Of a stretch of DNA of 64,000 bases, positions 45,998-55,148 are shown piece by piece. Made by a program: the position numbers and the translations under genes. The first letter of the stretch is position 1, and every line of letters begins with the position of its first letter. The stretch is taken from the NCBI GenBank assembly GCA_963812255.1, contig CAWEUM010000007.1:51347-115346 (forward strand), read 5' to 3'. A model generated the notes under the pieces. The model did not search any database. It was not told the origin of the DNA and saw nothing but the letters and a program-made list of their open reading frames with translations. This DNA is from an uncultured Gammaproteobacteria bacterium (lineage in GTDB: Bacteria > Pseudomonadota > Gammaproteobacteria > Pseudomonadales > Azotimanducaceae).

Positions 45998-47527
45998 CTA
46001 CAATCCATATCGCGCAGCACCGGTGCGGAGCCATTCACCGACCATCTCGCCGATCATGATGCAGGTGAGATTCGTGTTCGCTCGCGGCACGCTCGGCATG
46101 ATCGACGCGTCGGCGACGACGAGTTGATCAACGCTATGACAGCACCCATGTTCGTCGACGACCGCCAGCGGGTCGCTCGCGGGGCCCATTTTTGCGGTGC
46201 CGCACGGATGAAAGCCGCTGCCGGCGAAACGCCGGCACAGCGCCGCGATGTCGCTATCGTCGAGGCTACGCGTCGGATCGGGAAAGCTGATCGCCTCGAT
46301 CTGATCCGCCAACGGCGCAATTCGGGTGAATGCCAGTGCGTCCTTGAAGCAGCCGGCCAACCGCGCGACGTCGCGCTCGTCTTCGCAGAAGCGGTTTTCG
46401 ATGATCGGTGCGTCATGAGGGGCGGCGGAGTTCAATCGCAGCTCGCCGCGGCCATGCTGATACTCCAGTACCGCAGCGATTCCGAACATCGCCGGACCGC
46501 CTTTGCGGCCGACAAAACTGAGTTGCTCGATCTGCAGGTCGTTGCGTTTTTCGGATCCTTTCGCCGTGTAGCGCAGAATCGTCTGGATCAGCGGTGAGTC
46601 GAAGTCGATGATCGACGGATCCTTGACGAGGCACGTCACCGACAGCGCCGGATGATCCGAAAGATTCGCGCCGACCCCCGGCACGTCGCGCTGTACGTCG
46701 ATCGACAGCGCTTCGAGCTGCGCGCGCGGACCGATGCCGGAACGCATCAGTATCGCCGGGGTCAGGATCGCTCCGGCGCACAGCACGACCAGCCGTGCCG
46801 AGATCCCCTCGATCGTGCCGTCGGGGCGCTCGACTTCGACGCCAGTGCAGCGCTTCCCTTCGAGCACGAGGCGCCGCACGAACGTATTTGCGCGAATCGT
46901 CAGATTGGGCCGCGCGCGCGCCGGTGCGAGATAGCCGATCGCGCACGACACGCGCAACCGGCCCAGTTTGTTCATCGGTTGAGGCCCGGCGCCGGCGGCC
47001 CATGGATCGTTGCCGTCCGGACATTCTGGATAGCCGAGCGCGCGCGCCGACTCGAGAAACGCGGCGTGCTGCGGCAGCAGTTCGGCCGACGGATAGCGGC
47101 GGATCGAAATCGGCCCCGCGTCGCCGTGATACGACGCATCACCGAAGTCGAGATCACGTTCGAGACGCGTGAAGGCGCCGAGCACCCGATCCCATGCCCA
47201 CGCGGGATTACCGAGACCCGCCCATTCGTCGTAGTCCTCCGGCACACCTCGCAACGCAATCGTCGTGTTCACAGCGCTCGATCCACCGGCCACCCGACCG
47301 CGCGGAAATATCACGCTGCGGCCGCGCGTAGGCTCGTAGCTCAAACCCCAGTCGTGATCGCGGTAGGAATTGTTGTGACTGTTGACGAGATCAAACGGGG
47401 TTTGCGATGGGTCCGGATAGTCGGGACCGGCTTCGATCAACGCAACCGTCATATTCGGATCTTCGGAAGCGCGAGCGGCGATTGCCGATCCGGAACTGCC
47501 GGCACCGATGATCAGGATGTCGACCAT
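45998..47527 (-). CDS. GMC-family oxidoreductase (choline-dehydrogenase-like)
   Basis: Start at ATG 47527 (MVDILIIGAGSSGSAIAAR...). It has GxGxxG and a C-terminal HPCGTAKMG motif. Confidence 0.9.
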   Translation of the reverse strand: MVDILIIGAGSSGSAIAARASEDPNMTVALIEAGPDYPDPSQTPFDLVNSHNNSYRDHDWGLSYEPTRGRSVIFPRGRVAGGSSAVNTTIALRGVPEDYDEWAGLGNPAWAWDRVLGAFTRLERDLDFGDASYHGDAGPISIRRYPSAELLPQHAAFLESARALGYPECPDGNDPWAAGAGPQPMNKLGRLRVSCAIGYLAPARARPNLTIRANTFVRRLVLEGKRCTGVEVERPDGTIEGISARLVVLCAGAILTPAILMRSGIGPRAQLEALSIDVQRDVPGVGANLSDHPALSVTCLVKDPSIIDFDSPLIQTILRYTAKGSEKRNDLQIEQLSFVGRKGGPAMFGIAAVLEYQHGRGELRLNSAAPHDAPIIENRFCEDERDVARLAGCFKDALAFTRIAPLADQIEAISFPDPTRSLDDSDIAALCRRFAGSGFHPCGTAKMGPASDPLAVVDEHGCCHSVDQLVVADASIMPSVPRANTNLTCIMIGEMVGEWLRTGAARYGL

Positions 47528-47531
47528 CACG

Positions 47532-48293
47532 TCACGATGCTCCCGCGGTCGCACCGATCGCTTCGGTGCCCGAGAACGCCAGCTCGTCGGGTCTGCAGAC
47601 GAAGCGCAGCGGCGGAAACAGCACAGTTTCCAAGGCCAGCGATGCCGATACCACCACATACGGATCGAGCAACGGATTGCCCCACGCGGTAGCGTCGAAC
47701 GTCGATAAATCCGCAGTCAGCCGTTCGATCCGAGTTGCCGTGTGATCGGCCTCGAGCTGCACCAGCCTGATGCCGTTGGGCGTCCGTGCGAGATTCAAAC
47801 TGCCGGTGTACTGGACATCATCGACACCCATCGGCTCGGGATCGAGTGCATGGACGGTGAGGATCTCGCGGCGATCGAATACGACCGATGCATCCGCCCC
47901 ATCGTAGCCGCGGCGCAGCGAGACATCACCGAGCCGCGCCGGGAAGCCAAAATGACTTCGCAGCGCCTCGCACGCTGCCGTCGAGGACGCATAGGCCGCC
48001 AACGTGAACCCTCTGGCGCGCACGCCGCTGCGGCATGCCGCGCGCGCAACCGCCATGTGAAACCCACCCCACGGACTGTCGCCGACCGACCACACCTGCA
48101 GCGACAACGCGGCCGGAATCGTCGGGTGCAGGCTCGGCGGCAGGATCGCTTCGCGTGCGCCATTGCGCATCTCGGCGGTCATCTGAAAACACGCCACAGC
48201 GTCGAACCGGATCGGTTCGGTTGGGTAGCGATCGATCGTCGCCGTCGGCTGCAACCGCATCAACTCCTCGACTTTGGCAGTGCCGATGAGCAT
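47532..48293 (-). CDS. hypothetical protein, possibly acetoacetate-decarboxylase-like fold (weak recognition)
   Basis: 253-aa ORF from ATG 48293 (MLIGTAKVEELMRL...). It shares 1 nt with the upstream stop (TGATG) and its own stop lies 4 nt before the next start. The coding call is firm; the function is tentative. Confidence 0.5.
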   Translation of the reverse strand: MLIGTAKVEELMRLQPTATIDRYPTEPIRFDAVACFQMTAEMRNGAREAILPPSLHPTIPAALSLQVWSVGDSPWGGFHMAVARAACRSGVRARGFTLAAYASSTAACEALRSHFGFPARLGDVSLRRGYDGADASVVFDRREILTVHALDPEPMGVDDVQYTGSLNLARTPNGIRLVQLEADHTATRIERLTADLSTFDATAWGNPLLDPYVVVSASLALETVLFPPLRFVCRPDELAFSGTEAIGATAGAS

Positions 48294-49492
48294 CAGCGAA
48301 CACCGTCCGCGATGCCTGCAGCACCCGTCGTGGCCAACCTCGCGTGCGGCGAAGAAATTTCCGGAATCGTCGCCGGCGTGTACACCGGCGCACGGGCTTC
48401 TTCGGCGCCGCGAAACTGCGGCATCACCTCGCGCGCGAACAATCCCAGGCTGTCGAGCACGGCCTGCTGCGGCAGCATTTCCATTGCATTCAACAGAAAA
48501 TTGATACCGGTGACGCCGATCGACTCCCACCGCTTGATTGTGCGAATCAGATGCTCGGGGTCGCCGACGCCGACCCCTTCCGGCAGGCCTTTTGCCGCAC
48601 TCGGATCATCTGCAGGCGGCTTCTTGCCCTTCATCGCGGCACCGACATTACCCAGCGTCTGATACGCGCGGGTCGGAAACGCCTCGCGGGTCCAGTACAA
48701 ATGCGCGTTCGCGACGTTGAATGCGTTGACCATCGGCACTCCGAGCGCGCGCGCTTGTCGATAGTCTTCGTGACAGTACAGAAAATTCATCGTGTGGACC
48801 TGGTCGTTGACGATCCCACCGACCGGATCGCACAGTGCAATGCGCCGATGATATTCACGGGTGCGCCGTTCCTGCTCTTCGTAACCCGCCGCCGACACGC
48901 CGAGGCAACCCAGACCACGATCCGCCGCATCGAGTTCAGTACCGGGTGTCGTGACCGTTACCCACATCGGTGGATGCGGTCGCTGAAACGGCTTCGGCAG
49001 CACGTTGCGTGACGGCATCGAAAAAGCATGACCGCGCCACTCGAATGCATCGCGCGTCCACATCTGCGGCAGCACGCGCACGAATTCGTCCCAGGTCTTC
49101 TTCGTATCATCCGGATTGACACGAAAGCCGCCGAGTTCGGTCCAGGTCGACGAACGCGCCGTACCGAACTCGAGCCGGCCGTTTGAAATGATGTCGAGCG
49201 CTGCGGCACGCTCGGCAACGCGAATCGGGTGGTTCATTTCCGGGACACAGACGACCGCGCCATGGCCGAGGCGGATGCGCTGCGTCTGCGCGGCGACAGC
49301 GCTCAGGAACACTTCGGGTGCGGAGCAGTGCGAGTACTCTTCCAGGAAGTGGTGTTCGACGGCCCACACGTGATCGAAACCGAGTTCGTCGGCGAGCCGG
49401 CATTGTTCCAGCGCATTGTGATAGACGCCCCATTCGGCCGCTGCCGAGAATGGCCGCGGCGTCGACAATTCGAAGAAGATCCCGAACTTCAC
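48293..49492 (-). CDS. LLM-class (luciferase-like) flavin-dependent monooxygenase
   Basis: MKFGIFFELSTPRP... N-terminus and VWAVEHHF, typical of the LLM family. Confidence 0.9.
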   Translation of the reverse strand: MKFGIFFELSTPRPFSAAAEWGVYHNALEQCRLADELGFDHVWAVEHHFLEEYSHCSAPEVFLSAVAAQTQRIRLGHGAVVCVPEMNHPIRVAERAAALDIISNGRLEFGTARSSTWTELGGFRVNPDDTKKTWDEFVRVLPQMWTRDAFEWRGHAFSMPSRNVLPKPFQRPHPPMWVTVTTPGTELDAADRGLGCLGVSAAGYEEQERRTREYHRRIALCDPVGGIVNDQVHTMNFLYCHEDYRQARALGVPMVNAFNVANAHLYWTREAFPTRAYQTLGNVGAAMKGKKPPADDPSAAKGLPEGVGVGDPEHLIRTIKRWESIGVTGINFLLNAMEMLPQQAVLDSLGLFAREVMPQFRGAEEARAPVYTPATIPEISSPHARLATTGAAGIADGVR

Positions 49493-49566
49493 GTCTCTCC
49501 CCTGCGCAGGCGGCGCTACCGCGCAGCGCTACCGATGGCATCCATTTGTGGTCGAACTGCCAACTG

Positions 49567-50805
49567 CTAGCGAATCCAAACACCCGGCGCGTTGGTGCGA
49601 AATCCCAGGCTGCGATACGTTGCATCGACGAGGGACTGGCCACGCGAATTCAGCAGAATACCCGCACCCATCCGATTCATCGAATAACCGAACGCCAGCC
49701 CCTCGCTCGGATCGGCGAAGCCGATGCTGCCGCCGGCGCCCGCGTGACCAAACGCGCCGGCACCCAGCAGGCACGTTTCCATCTCGCCGGTCGGTCGATG
49801 CCGATTGTCCATCGAGCGCATGAATCCAAGCCCGAAGCGGCTCGGGATCAGCAACGTCGCGTCGACCATCGTCGACACCGAAACCTCACGCATCCGCACG
49901 ATGTGATCGGCAGACAGCAGCCGCACGCCGTTGTGCTGGCCGCCGTTGGCGAGCGGCGTGTACATGCCCGCGAGAGCGCGGGCATTGGCAATCCCTCCGC
50001 CGCCGCCAATCTCGGCCGCGTAGGCTTGCGGCGAATCGGACTTGTGATTGCCGGCGTTCATCAGCGACAGATATTGAATCGAATTCGGATCGCTGATCAG
50101 CGCCTGCGTGAACGGCATCATCGGCGCACCGGCATCGGGCGTCCACGCAATCATCGGCACCACGCGTGGCAGATGGGCTTCGGGCACGCCGATCCAGAAG
50201 TCGAGATCGAGTGGCTCGGCGACTTCCTCGCGAAAGAACGTGCCGAGTGATCGGCCGGACACGCGCCGCACCAGTTCGCCGACCACCCAACCGAACGTCA
50301 TCATGTGGTAGCCGTTGCGCGTGCCCGGTTCCCAGAACGGCTGCTCCGCAGCGAGGCGCTCCACCATGTAACCCCAATCGTAGTAACCACCGTCCTTGAG
50401 CGGATCGCGAAGCGCCGGCAATCCGACCGAGTGGTTCAACATCATCTCGACGGTCGCGTGCTCTTTGCCATTCGTCGCGAACTCCGGCCAGTACTGCGCC
50501 ACAGGCGCGTGCAGGTCGAGCTCACCGCGATCGATCAGCATGTGCGCACACAACGCAGTCGCGGCTTTCGTACACGAGAACACCAGCGAGATAGTGTCGT
50601 CTGACCACGCCTTCGCATCCTCGTCAGCGGACACGCGTCCACCCCATAGATCGACGACCGTTTCACCGCCGACACTCACGCACACCGACGCGCCGACTTC
50701 GTCGCGCTGGGCGAAGTTCTCGATGAACGCATCCCCGACCGGCGCGAATTCCGCCGCGCAGCGACCCGACACGCGACCTCCACCCACGGGTTCATCGATC
50801 AGCAT
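49567..50805 (-). CDS. serine hydrolase, beta-lactamase fold (EstA/esterase-like)
   Basis: 412-aa ORF with SxxK in VFSCTKAAT and a YHMMTFG (Y-x-x) region. Confidence 0.8.
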   Translation of the reverse strand: MLIDEPVGGGRVSGRCAAEFAPVGDAFIENFAQRDEVGASVCVSVGGETVVDLWGGRVSADEDAKAWSDDTISLVFSCTKAATALCAHMLIDRGELDLHAPVAQYWPEFATNGKEHATVEMMLNHSVGLPALRDPLKDGGYYDWGYMVERLAAEQPFWEPGTRNGYHMMTFGWVVGELVRRVSGRSLGTFFREEVAEPLDLDFWIGVPEAHLPRVVPMIAWTPDAGAPMMPFTQALISDPNSIQYLSLMNAGNHKSDSPQAYAAEIGGGGGIANARALAGMYTPLANGGQHNGVRLLSADHIVRMREVSVSTMVDATLLIPSRFGLGFMRSMDNRHRPTGEMETCLLGAGAFGHAGAGGSIGFADPSEGLAFGYSMNRMGAGILLNSRGQSLVDATYRSLGFRTNAPGVWIR

Positions 50806-50867
50806 CTACGAATCGCTCCTGATTGTTTCAGTCTGGTTCTCTTCAAAGACGTCTCTTTACAGTCCAT

Positions 50868-51263
50868 CTAAGGGAGCACCGCCGTGACTTGGATCTCCAC
50901 CATCGCCGCCGGAAACAACAATGCGGCAACCTGTACGGCCGTCGCGGCCGGCGCCGCGCAGTCTGCATACCGCGCGGCTCGAACGGGGCCCGCTGCGGCG
51001 AACGCGGCAAGATCGGTCACGAAGATCATCTCGTTCACGACGTGCAGCAGGCTGGCACCGCTCTTGGCGAGCGTCGCCTCCATGATGTCGTAAACGCGTT
51101 CGACCTGGCCGGCCATGTCGCCGGGCGCGACGACGTTCAACGCATCATCGACTGCAACGATGCCGGCGAGATGAAGCACCTTTCCGGTTTGAACCATCGC
51201 CGCGAAGCCGAGTTGCTTTTCGACCGGTTCGTTGTAGTGCTGTACCTGGCTGATGTGCGCCAT
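50868..51263 (-). CDS. RidA/YjgF family reactive-intermediate deaminase-like protein
   Basis: 131-aa ORF. Size and the pattern (LHLAGIVAVD...VTDLAAF...ATAVQVAAL) fit the YjgF/RidA fold. Confidence 0.75.
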   Translation of the reverse strand: MAHISQVQHYNEPVEKQLGFAAMVQTGKVLHLAGIVAVDDALNVVAPGDMAGQVERVYDIMEATLAKSGASLLHVVNEMIFVTDLAAFAAAGPVRAARYADCAAPAATAVQVAALLFPAAMVEIQVTAVLP

Positions 51264-51300
51264 TTGATATCTCCTGTTGATAGATGAACTTCGCCGGTTG

Positions 51301-52350
51301 CTACTTGATGAAATCGGCCGACGGATGCGCCCGCGGGAAGTTGCGAACCATCTCGAGATAGCGCGCCAGCGCGCGGTCCGAGCGCGTCAAGGTCCCCGGT
51401 GCGTACTTGATCGTGTGCAGGATCGGCCGATCGTCGTCGGTCATCGACTTGCCGAGCTTGAACAGAAAGTCGTGCAGGAACTTGATCTGCGCCTCGCTCT
51501 CCGGCGACCCGTCGCCTTTCTTCAAGCACAGCACGAAGTAGTTCTGCGTTACACCGGGCTGCGGCATCCCGAATGCGGTCATCACCGCGTACCACTGTCC
51601 ATTCAACGTACCGTGCAGATGAAAGATGCTGGTGCCGAAGATACCAACGTTGTAGTCGATCTCCGGGCCGTCGCCGTTTTCCGTCCGTCCGCTAAAACTG
51701 TAACGCATCGAGTGGTCGGTCCACTCGATGCGGTCGTACAGGTCGGTGTGATCGAATTCCACCCGATGCACCACTTTGATGTGCTGCCAGTCCGGCGTGT
51801 TCGCGCAGACGACCCACGGATCGACCGGCATCGTTGGCACGTCGTAGCGCACGTCGATGGCGAGCGCATCCTCGGCGACCGGAAATTCCGGAATCTGCCA
51901 CCACGGTTCGTCGCCGTTGAAGGCCCAGATCAAGCCGAATTTCTCGACCGACGGAAACTTGAACAGGCACGCATTCTTCGGTGCCGGATCGCCGATGCCG
52001 GTGCGCAGACAATGCCCATCGCCGGCGAATTCCCAATGATGAAACGCACAGCGGATATCGTTGCCGATGACCGAGCCGACCGCGAGGTCTGCACCGAGAT
52101 GCGGGCAGAACGCGCTGAGCACGTGCGCGACGCCGTCGGCGCCGCGGTAGACGACGACGCGTCCGTCGAGAAACGCCTTGCCGACAACCGCGCCGCTCTC
52201 CACTTCGTACGACGGACAGATTGGAAACCAGGATTGCGTGAACAGGCCGCGATCGCCTTCGGCGGGTACTTGCGCTGCATAGCGGCGCCGGCGGAGCGGC
52301 TGCGTGGCGGTGGTGGACGATTCGGCTGCGGTCATTTCGTGTGCTCCCAA
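51301..52350 (-). CDS. Rieske [2Fe-2S] non-heme-iron oxygenase, alpha subunit type
   Basis: Rieske motif CPHLGADL-x-CAFHHW (C-x-H-x16-C-x2-H). No cognate reductase or ferredoxin gene is seen nearby. Confidence 0.85.
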   Translation of the reverse strand: MGAHEMTAAESSTTATQPLRRRRYAAQVPAEGDRGLFTQSWFPICPSYEVESGAVVGKAFLDGRVVVYRGADGVAHVLSAFCPHLGADLAVGSVIGNDIRCAFHHWEFAGDGHCLRTGIGDPAPKNACLFKFPSVEKFGLIWAFNGDEPWWQIPEFPVAEDALAIDVRYDVPTMPVDPWVVCANTPDWQHIKVVHRVEFDHTDLYDRIEWTDHSMRYSFSGRTENGDGPEIDYNVGIFGTSIFHLHGTLNGQWYAVMTAFGMPQPGVTQNYFVLCLKKGDGSPESEAQIKFLHDFLFKLGKSMTDDDRPILHTIKYAPGTLTRSDRALARYLEMVRNFPRAHPSADFIK

Positions 52351-52604
52351 CGCTGCGCTGCGAACAATTGAGGTGTCACCGGCACACTATCCGCTGGCGG
52401 TCGCGCTGCGCAACATGCAACCGCATACCCGACGGATTCTCAACCGGTTCCCGACGACCTCACCGAGTCGCCGGCGGCCCGATGGTTCGGGTCGCGGCCA
52501 GCGAAATGGTTGGGTGTTACCTCGAGAGTTTTGGTTATACTCTTGACCGTTCAGTCGGCGCGAAGACGCGTTTCCGCGCACGGCGAGTATTCGAGGAGGC
52601 ATCG

Positions 52605-52736
52605 TTGGCAAAACCAAACTACAAATTTCAGAAGCGACAGAAGGATCTGGCGAAGCAGAAGAAGAAGGAGGAAAAGCGTCTGAAAAAGGCTGCTCGGGCA
52701 GGCGAACAACCGGGCGATGAAGCACCTCAGCAATAG
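52605..52736 (+). CDS. small lysine-rich protein (43 aa), TTG start
   Basis: GAGGAGG (52593-99) lies 5 nt upstream of TTG 52605. Product: (M)[42 protein letters not shown]. This resembles small conserved basic proteins I recall from beta/gamma-proteobacteria, but that is unverified. Confidence 0.4.
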   Translation: MAKPNYKFQKRQKDLAKQKKKEEKRLKKAARAGEQPGDEAPQQ

Positions 52737-52803
52737 TTCGCAAACCGTAACCAGTTCAGTCAGGCAAGCCGTCGGGTACACAGTCGGAAAATCGAGAGGA
52801 AAT

Positions 52804-53016
52804 ATGTCAGAGCAACGCATCACGGGCACCGTCAAGTGGTTTGACGATGCAAAAGGTTTCGGATTCATCGAACGCGAAGGCGGACCGGACGTGTTCGTAC
52901 ACTTCCGTGCCATCAACGGCACCGGGCGCCGCACGCTGACCGAAGGCCAGCACGTCAGCTTCGAAGTGACACAAGGTAAGAAAGGCCCGCAGGCAGAGAA
53001 CGTCAATCCCGAGTGA
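52804..53016 (+). CDS. cspA: cold-shock protein (CspA family)
   Basis: [34 protein letters not shown] contains the RNP1 (KGFGFI) and RNP2 (VFVHF) motifs. 70 aa. Confidence 0.95.
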   Translation: MSEQRITGTVKWFDDAKGFGFIEREGGPDVFVHFRAINGTGRRTLTEGQHVSFEVTQGKKGPQAENVNPE

Positions 53017-53169
53017 CCGAATCGCCGCGGCGTCTTGTCGCGGCGTCTTCGCACGATTCAGCGATAACGAGCTGTGCCCGGTCGGGCCCAGCTTTGCCTC
53101 GGAGACACTGGCCCCGACTGACCGGTTTGTACATTTTCCATTGCTCCGCATTCCCCCCGGAGAATCACG

Positions 53170-53571
53170 ATGATTCGCTACGCGCGCTATCTCGGACTGG
53201 CGATCGTGTTTGTATGGTTCTTCGCGGGTGGGATTTCACACTTCAGGCAAACCGACTCCTTTCTGGCGATCATGCCGCCGTACGTGCCGTGGCCGCTGGC
53301 GGCGGTGTACGTCAGCGGCGTGTTCGAGATCCTGTTCGCCGTTGGCATTCTGATTCCGGCCACACGCCAGTGGAGCGGCAATTTGCTGATCCTGCTGACG
53401 CTCGCGGTCACGCCGGCCAACATTCACATGTGGCTGCATCCGGATTTGTTCCCGGATGTGTCGCCCGCGTTGCTGTCATTGCGACTCGCGGTGCAGGTGC
53501 TGTTGCTTGTAGTGATCTGGTGGAGCACGCGCACGCCGCACGAGGCGCTTGCCCGGCCCGCCGGTGTCTGA
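53170..53571 (+). CDS. DoxX-like family membrane protein
   Basis: 133-aa ORF with 4 TM segments; pattern FFAGGISHF...EILFAVGILIP. Confidence 0.65.
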   Translation: MIRYARYLGLAIVFVWFFAGGISHFRQTDSFLAIMPPYVPWPLAAVYVSGVFEILFAVGILIPATRQWSGNLLILLTLAVTPANIHMWLHPDLFPDVSPALLSLRLAVQVLLLVVIWWSTRTPHEALARPAGV

Positions 53572-53875
53572 CTGGTACGTGTACATGATCCGCTGCGACG
53601 ATGGCAGTGTGTACACCGGCATCAGCACGGATGTGGCGCGACGCCTCCGCGAACATCTCGGCGGCGGCGTCCGCGCCGCACGCTATCTGCGAAGTCGACG
53701 ACCCATCGAGGTGATCTTCTCCCAATGCGTCGGCGACCGTAGCGCAGCACTGACCGCCGAATACGCAATCAAACGCCTCGACAGACGGCGCAAAACATCG
53801 CTCGCCGCCGGGGCAATCCGTTTGGGCGACGTGCTGGCGCAACACGAAACGCGGCGCGCCCCGGCCCACTCTTGA
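53549..53875 (+). CDS. GIY-YIG nuclease family protein (UPF0213-like); start 53549 or GTG 53564
   Basis: WYVYMIRCDDGSVYTGISTDVARRLREH is the GIY-YIG core (YVY...YTG...R..EH). Confidence 0.8.
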   Translation: MPGPPVSDWYVYMIRCDDGSVYTGISTDVARRLREHLGGGVRAARYLRSRRPIEVIFSQCVGDRSAALTAEYAIKRLDRRRKTSLAAGAIRLGDVLAQHETRRAPAHS

Positions 53876-53896
53876 GCGGTTGGCACAGAACGCCGC

Positions 53897-54745
53897 TCAC
53901 AAAGAAAGCGTTCGAGTCACCCGCTGATTGGCCAGCAACACCATCGAATTCGGCTCGAACGCGGCCCAGCCGGGGTCATCCGACAGTGGCTCCGAGCTGA
54001 CGATCACGGATCCGCGATGCACGGTGTCGACCATCCGGCACACTCCCTCCTCGCAGACATAGCGCTGACCCTGATTCAGATACAGGGACGACCCTTCGGT
54101 CGGATCGTCGGTGGTGTAACGGCATGCGACCGCATTGTCGCCATTCGTCAGCACCGCATTGATATAGAGGTGTTCACCCGCCGCGTGCGCGAACATCAAC
54201 TCGCTGACGCGTTCGATGGCGCGCTGGAACGCGCGGCCAATCGATTCGACTTCTGGGTCCTGGCCTTCGGCATCGAGTTGGTCGAGCAGCAATGCAAAGA
54301 AATGTTCCGAGTCGGTACCGCCCTGGATCGCGTCGAAGCGTTCGTTCGTCAGCTCAGCCAGCAGCGCACGCCGGATACGGCCGAACCCACCGATGTCGCC
54401 GTTGTGCATGAACGACCACCGATCGGCGATGAACGGGTGGCAATTCAGCTCCGAAACCGCGAGTTGCTGGGTCGCCGCGCGGACATGGGCCAACACGCAT
54501 GGACTGGTCACAACGCGCGCGATCTCGTGCAGATTCGCGTTGTTCCATGCCGGCGATACCCCACGAAACCGGCCCGGGGCGCCCGTCAGATCCGGCACGT
54601 ACCAGGCGACGCCGAAGCCGTCTCCGTTGAGCGGCTCCTCGCGTTCACGCGAATCGAAGCTCTGATTGATCAGTGAGTGTTCGGGCTCGGTAACGAGCGC
54701 GCTGAGCCGAATCGGTTCGCCCTGATAGAACGTGAATCGGCACAT
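53897..54745 (-). CDS. class II (Ntn) glutamine amidotransferase (YafJ/EgtC-like)
   Basis: MCRFTFYQGEP... with Cys2 as nucleophile, NGDGFGVAWY and HVRAAT...NCHPF. Confidence 0.85.
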   Translation of the reverse strand: MCRFTFYQGEPIRLSALVTEPEHSLINQSFDSREREEPLNGDGFGVAWYVPDLTGAPGRFRGVSPAWNNANLHEIARVVTSPCVLAHVRAATQQLAVSELNCHPFIADRWSFMHNGDIGGFGRIRRALLAELTNERFDAIQGGTDSEHFFALLLDQLDAEGQDPEVESIGRAFQRAIERVSELMFAHAAGEHLYINAVLTNGDNAVACRYTTDDPTEGSSLYLNQGQRYVCEEGVCRMVDTVHRGSVIVSSEPLSDDPGWAAFEPNSMVLLANQRVTRTLSL

Positions 54746-54797
54746 CGATTGGCATCTCCCAAATTGGCGTCTCCCGCACCGTTTGCGGCGGCCAGCA

Positions 54798-55094
54798 TCA
54801 GTGGAATACGTCGCCGTCGGGGTGATTCATCGTCGGCCGGTCGCCATCGCCTTCACTGATGTGTTCGGTGGGGTCGACACCCGCACGTTCGAACGCGAGC
54901 TGCACGGATTCGGCAATGCACGCCGGGCACATGCCTTCCGCGATCAATCCCTCGAGAACCATGCCAACGACGTCGTATACCGACAGCGTCTCTTCGTGAT
55001 CCTCGTTGTAGCGCCATAGCGCGTCCTCGACTGTGCGCACCACGGTCTGGCTGCGCACATCGTCGCGCATACGACGCTGTTCTTCATCGTCCAT
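54798..55094 (-). CDS. hypothetical acidic protein (98 aa)
   Basis: ORF with coding-like third-position bias, a CPAC motif and an acidic N- and C-terminus. I recognise no family. Confidence 0.5.
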   Translation of the reverse strand: MDDEEQRRMRDDVRSQTVVRTVEDALWRYNEDHEETLSVYDVVGMVLEGLIAEGMCPACIAESVQLAFERAGVDPTEHISEGDGDRPTMNHPDGDVFH

Positions 55095-55148
55095 CGTTGA
55101 ACCGTTTGCAGGAAAGGCACGCAGAAATACGCGAACGCCGAACGAAGT

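Noticed and set aside
42136-50805. The two beta-lactamase-fold genes considered as antibiotic-resistance beta-lactamases.
   Set aside because: Only the generic SxxK serine-hydrolase signature is visible. Their size and operon context fit esterases, amidases or D-aminopeptidases, and I cannot support a resistance call from sequence alone.
53897-54745. The amidotransferase considered as EgtC of an ergothioneine cluster.
   Set aside because: No EgtB-, EgtD- or EgtA-like genes are adjacent. Only the generic Ntn class II amidotransferase call is supported.
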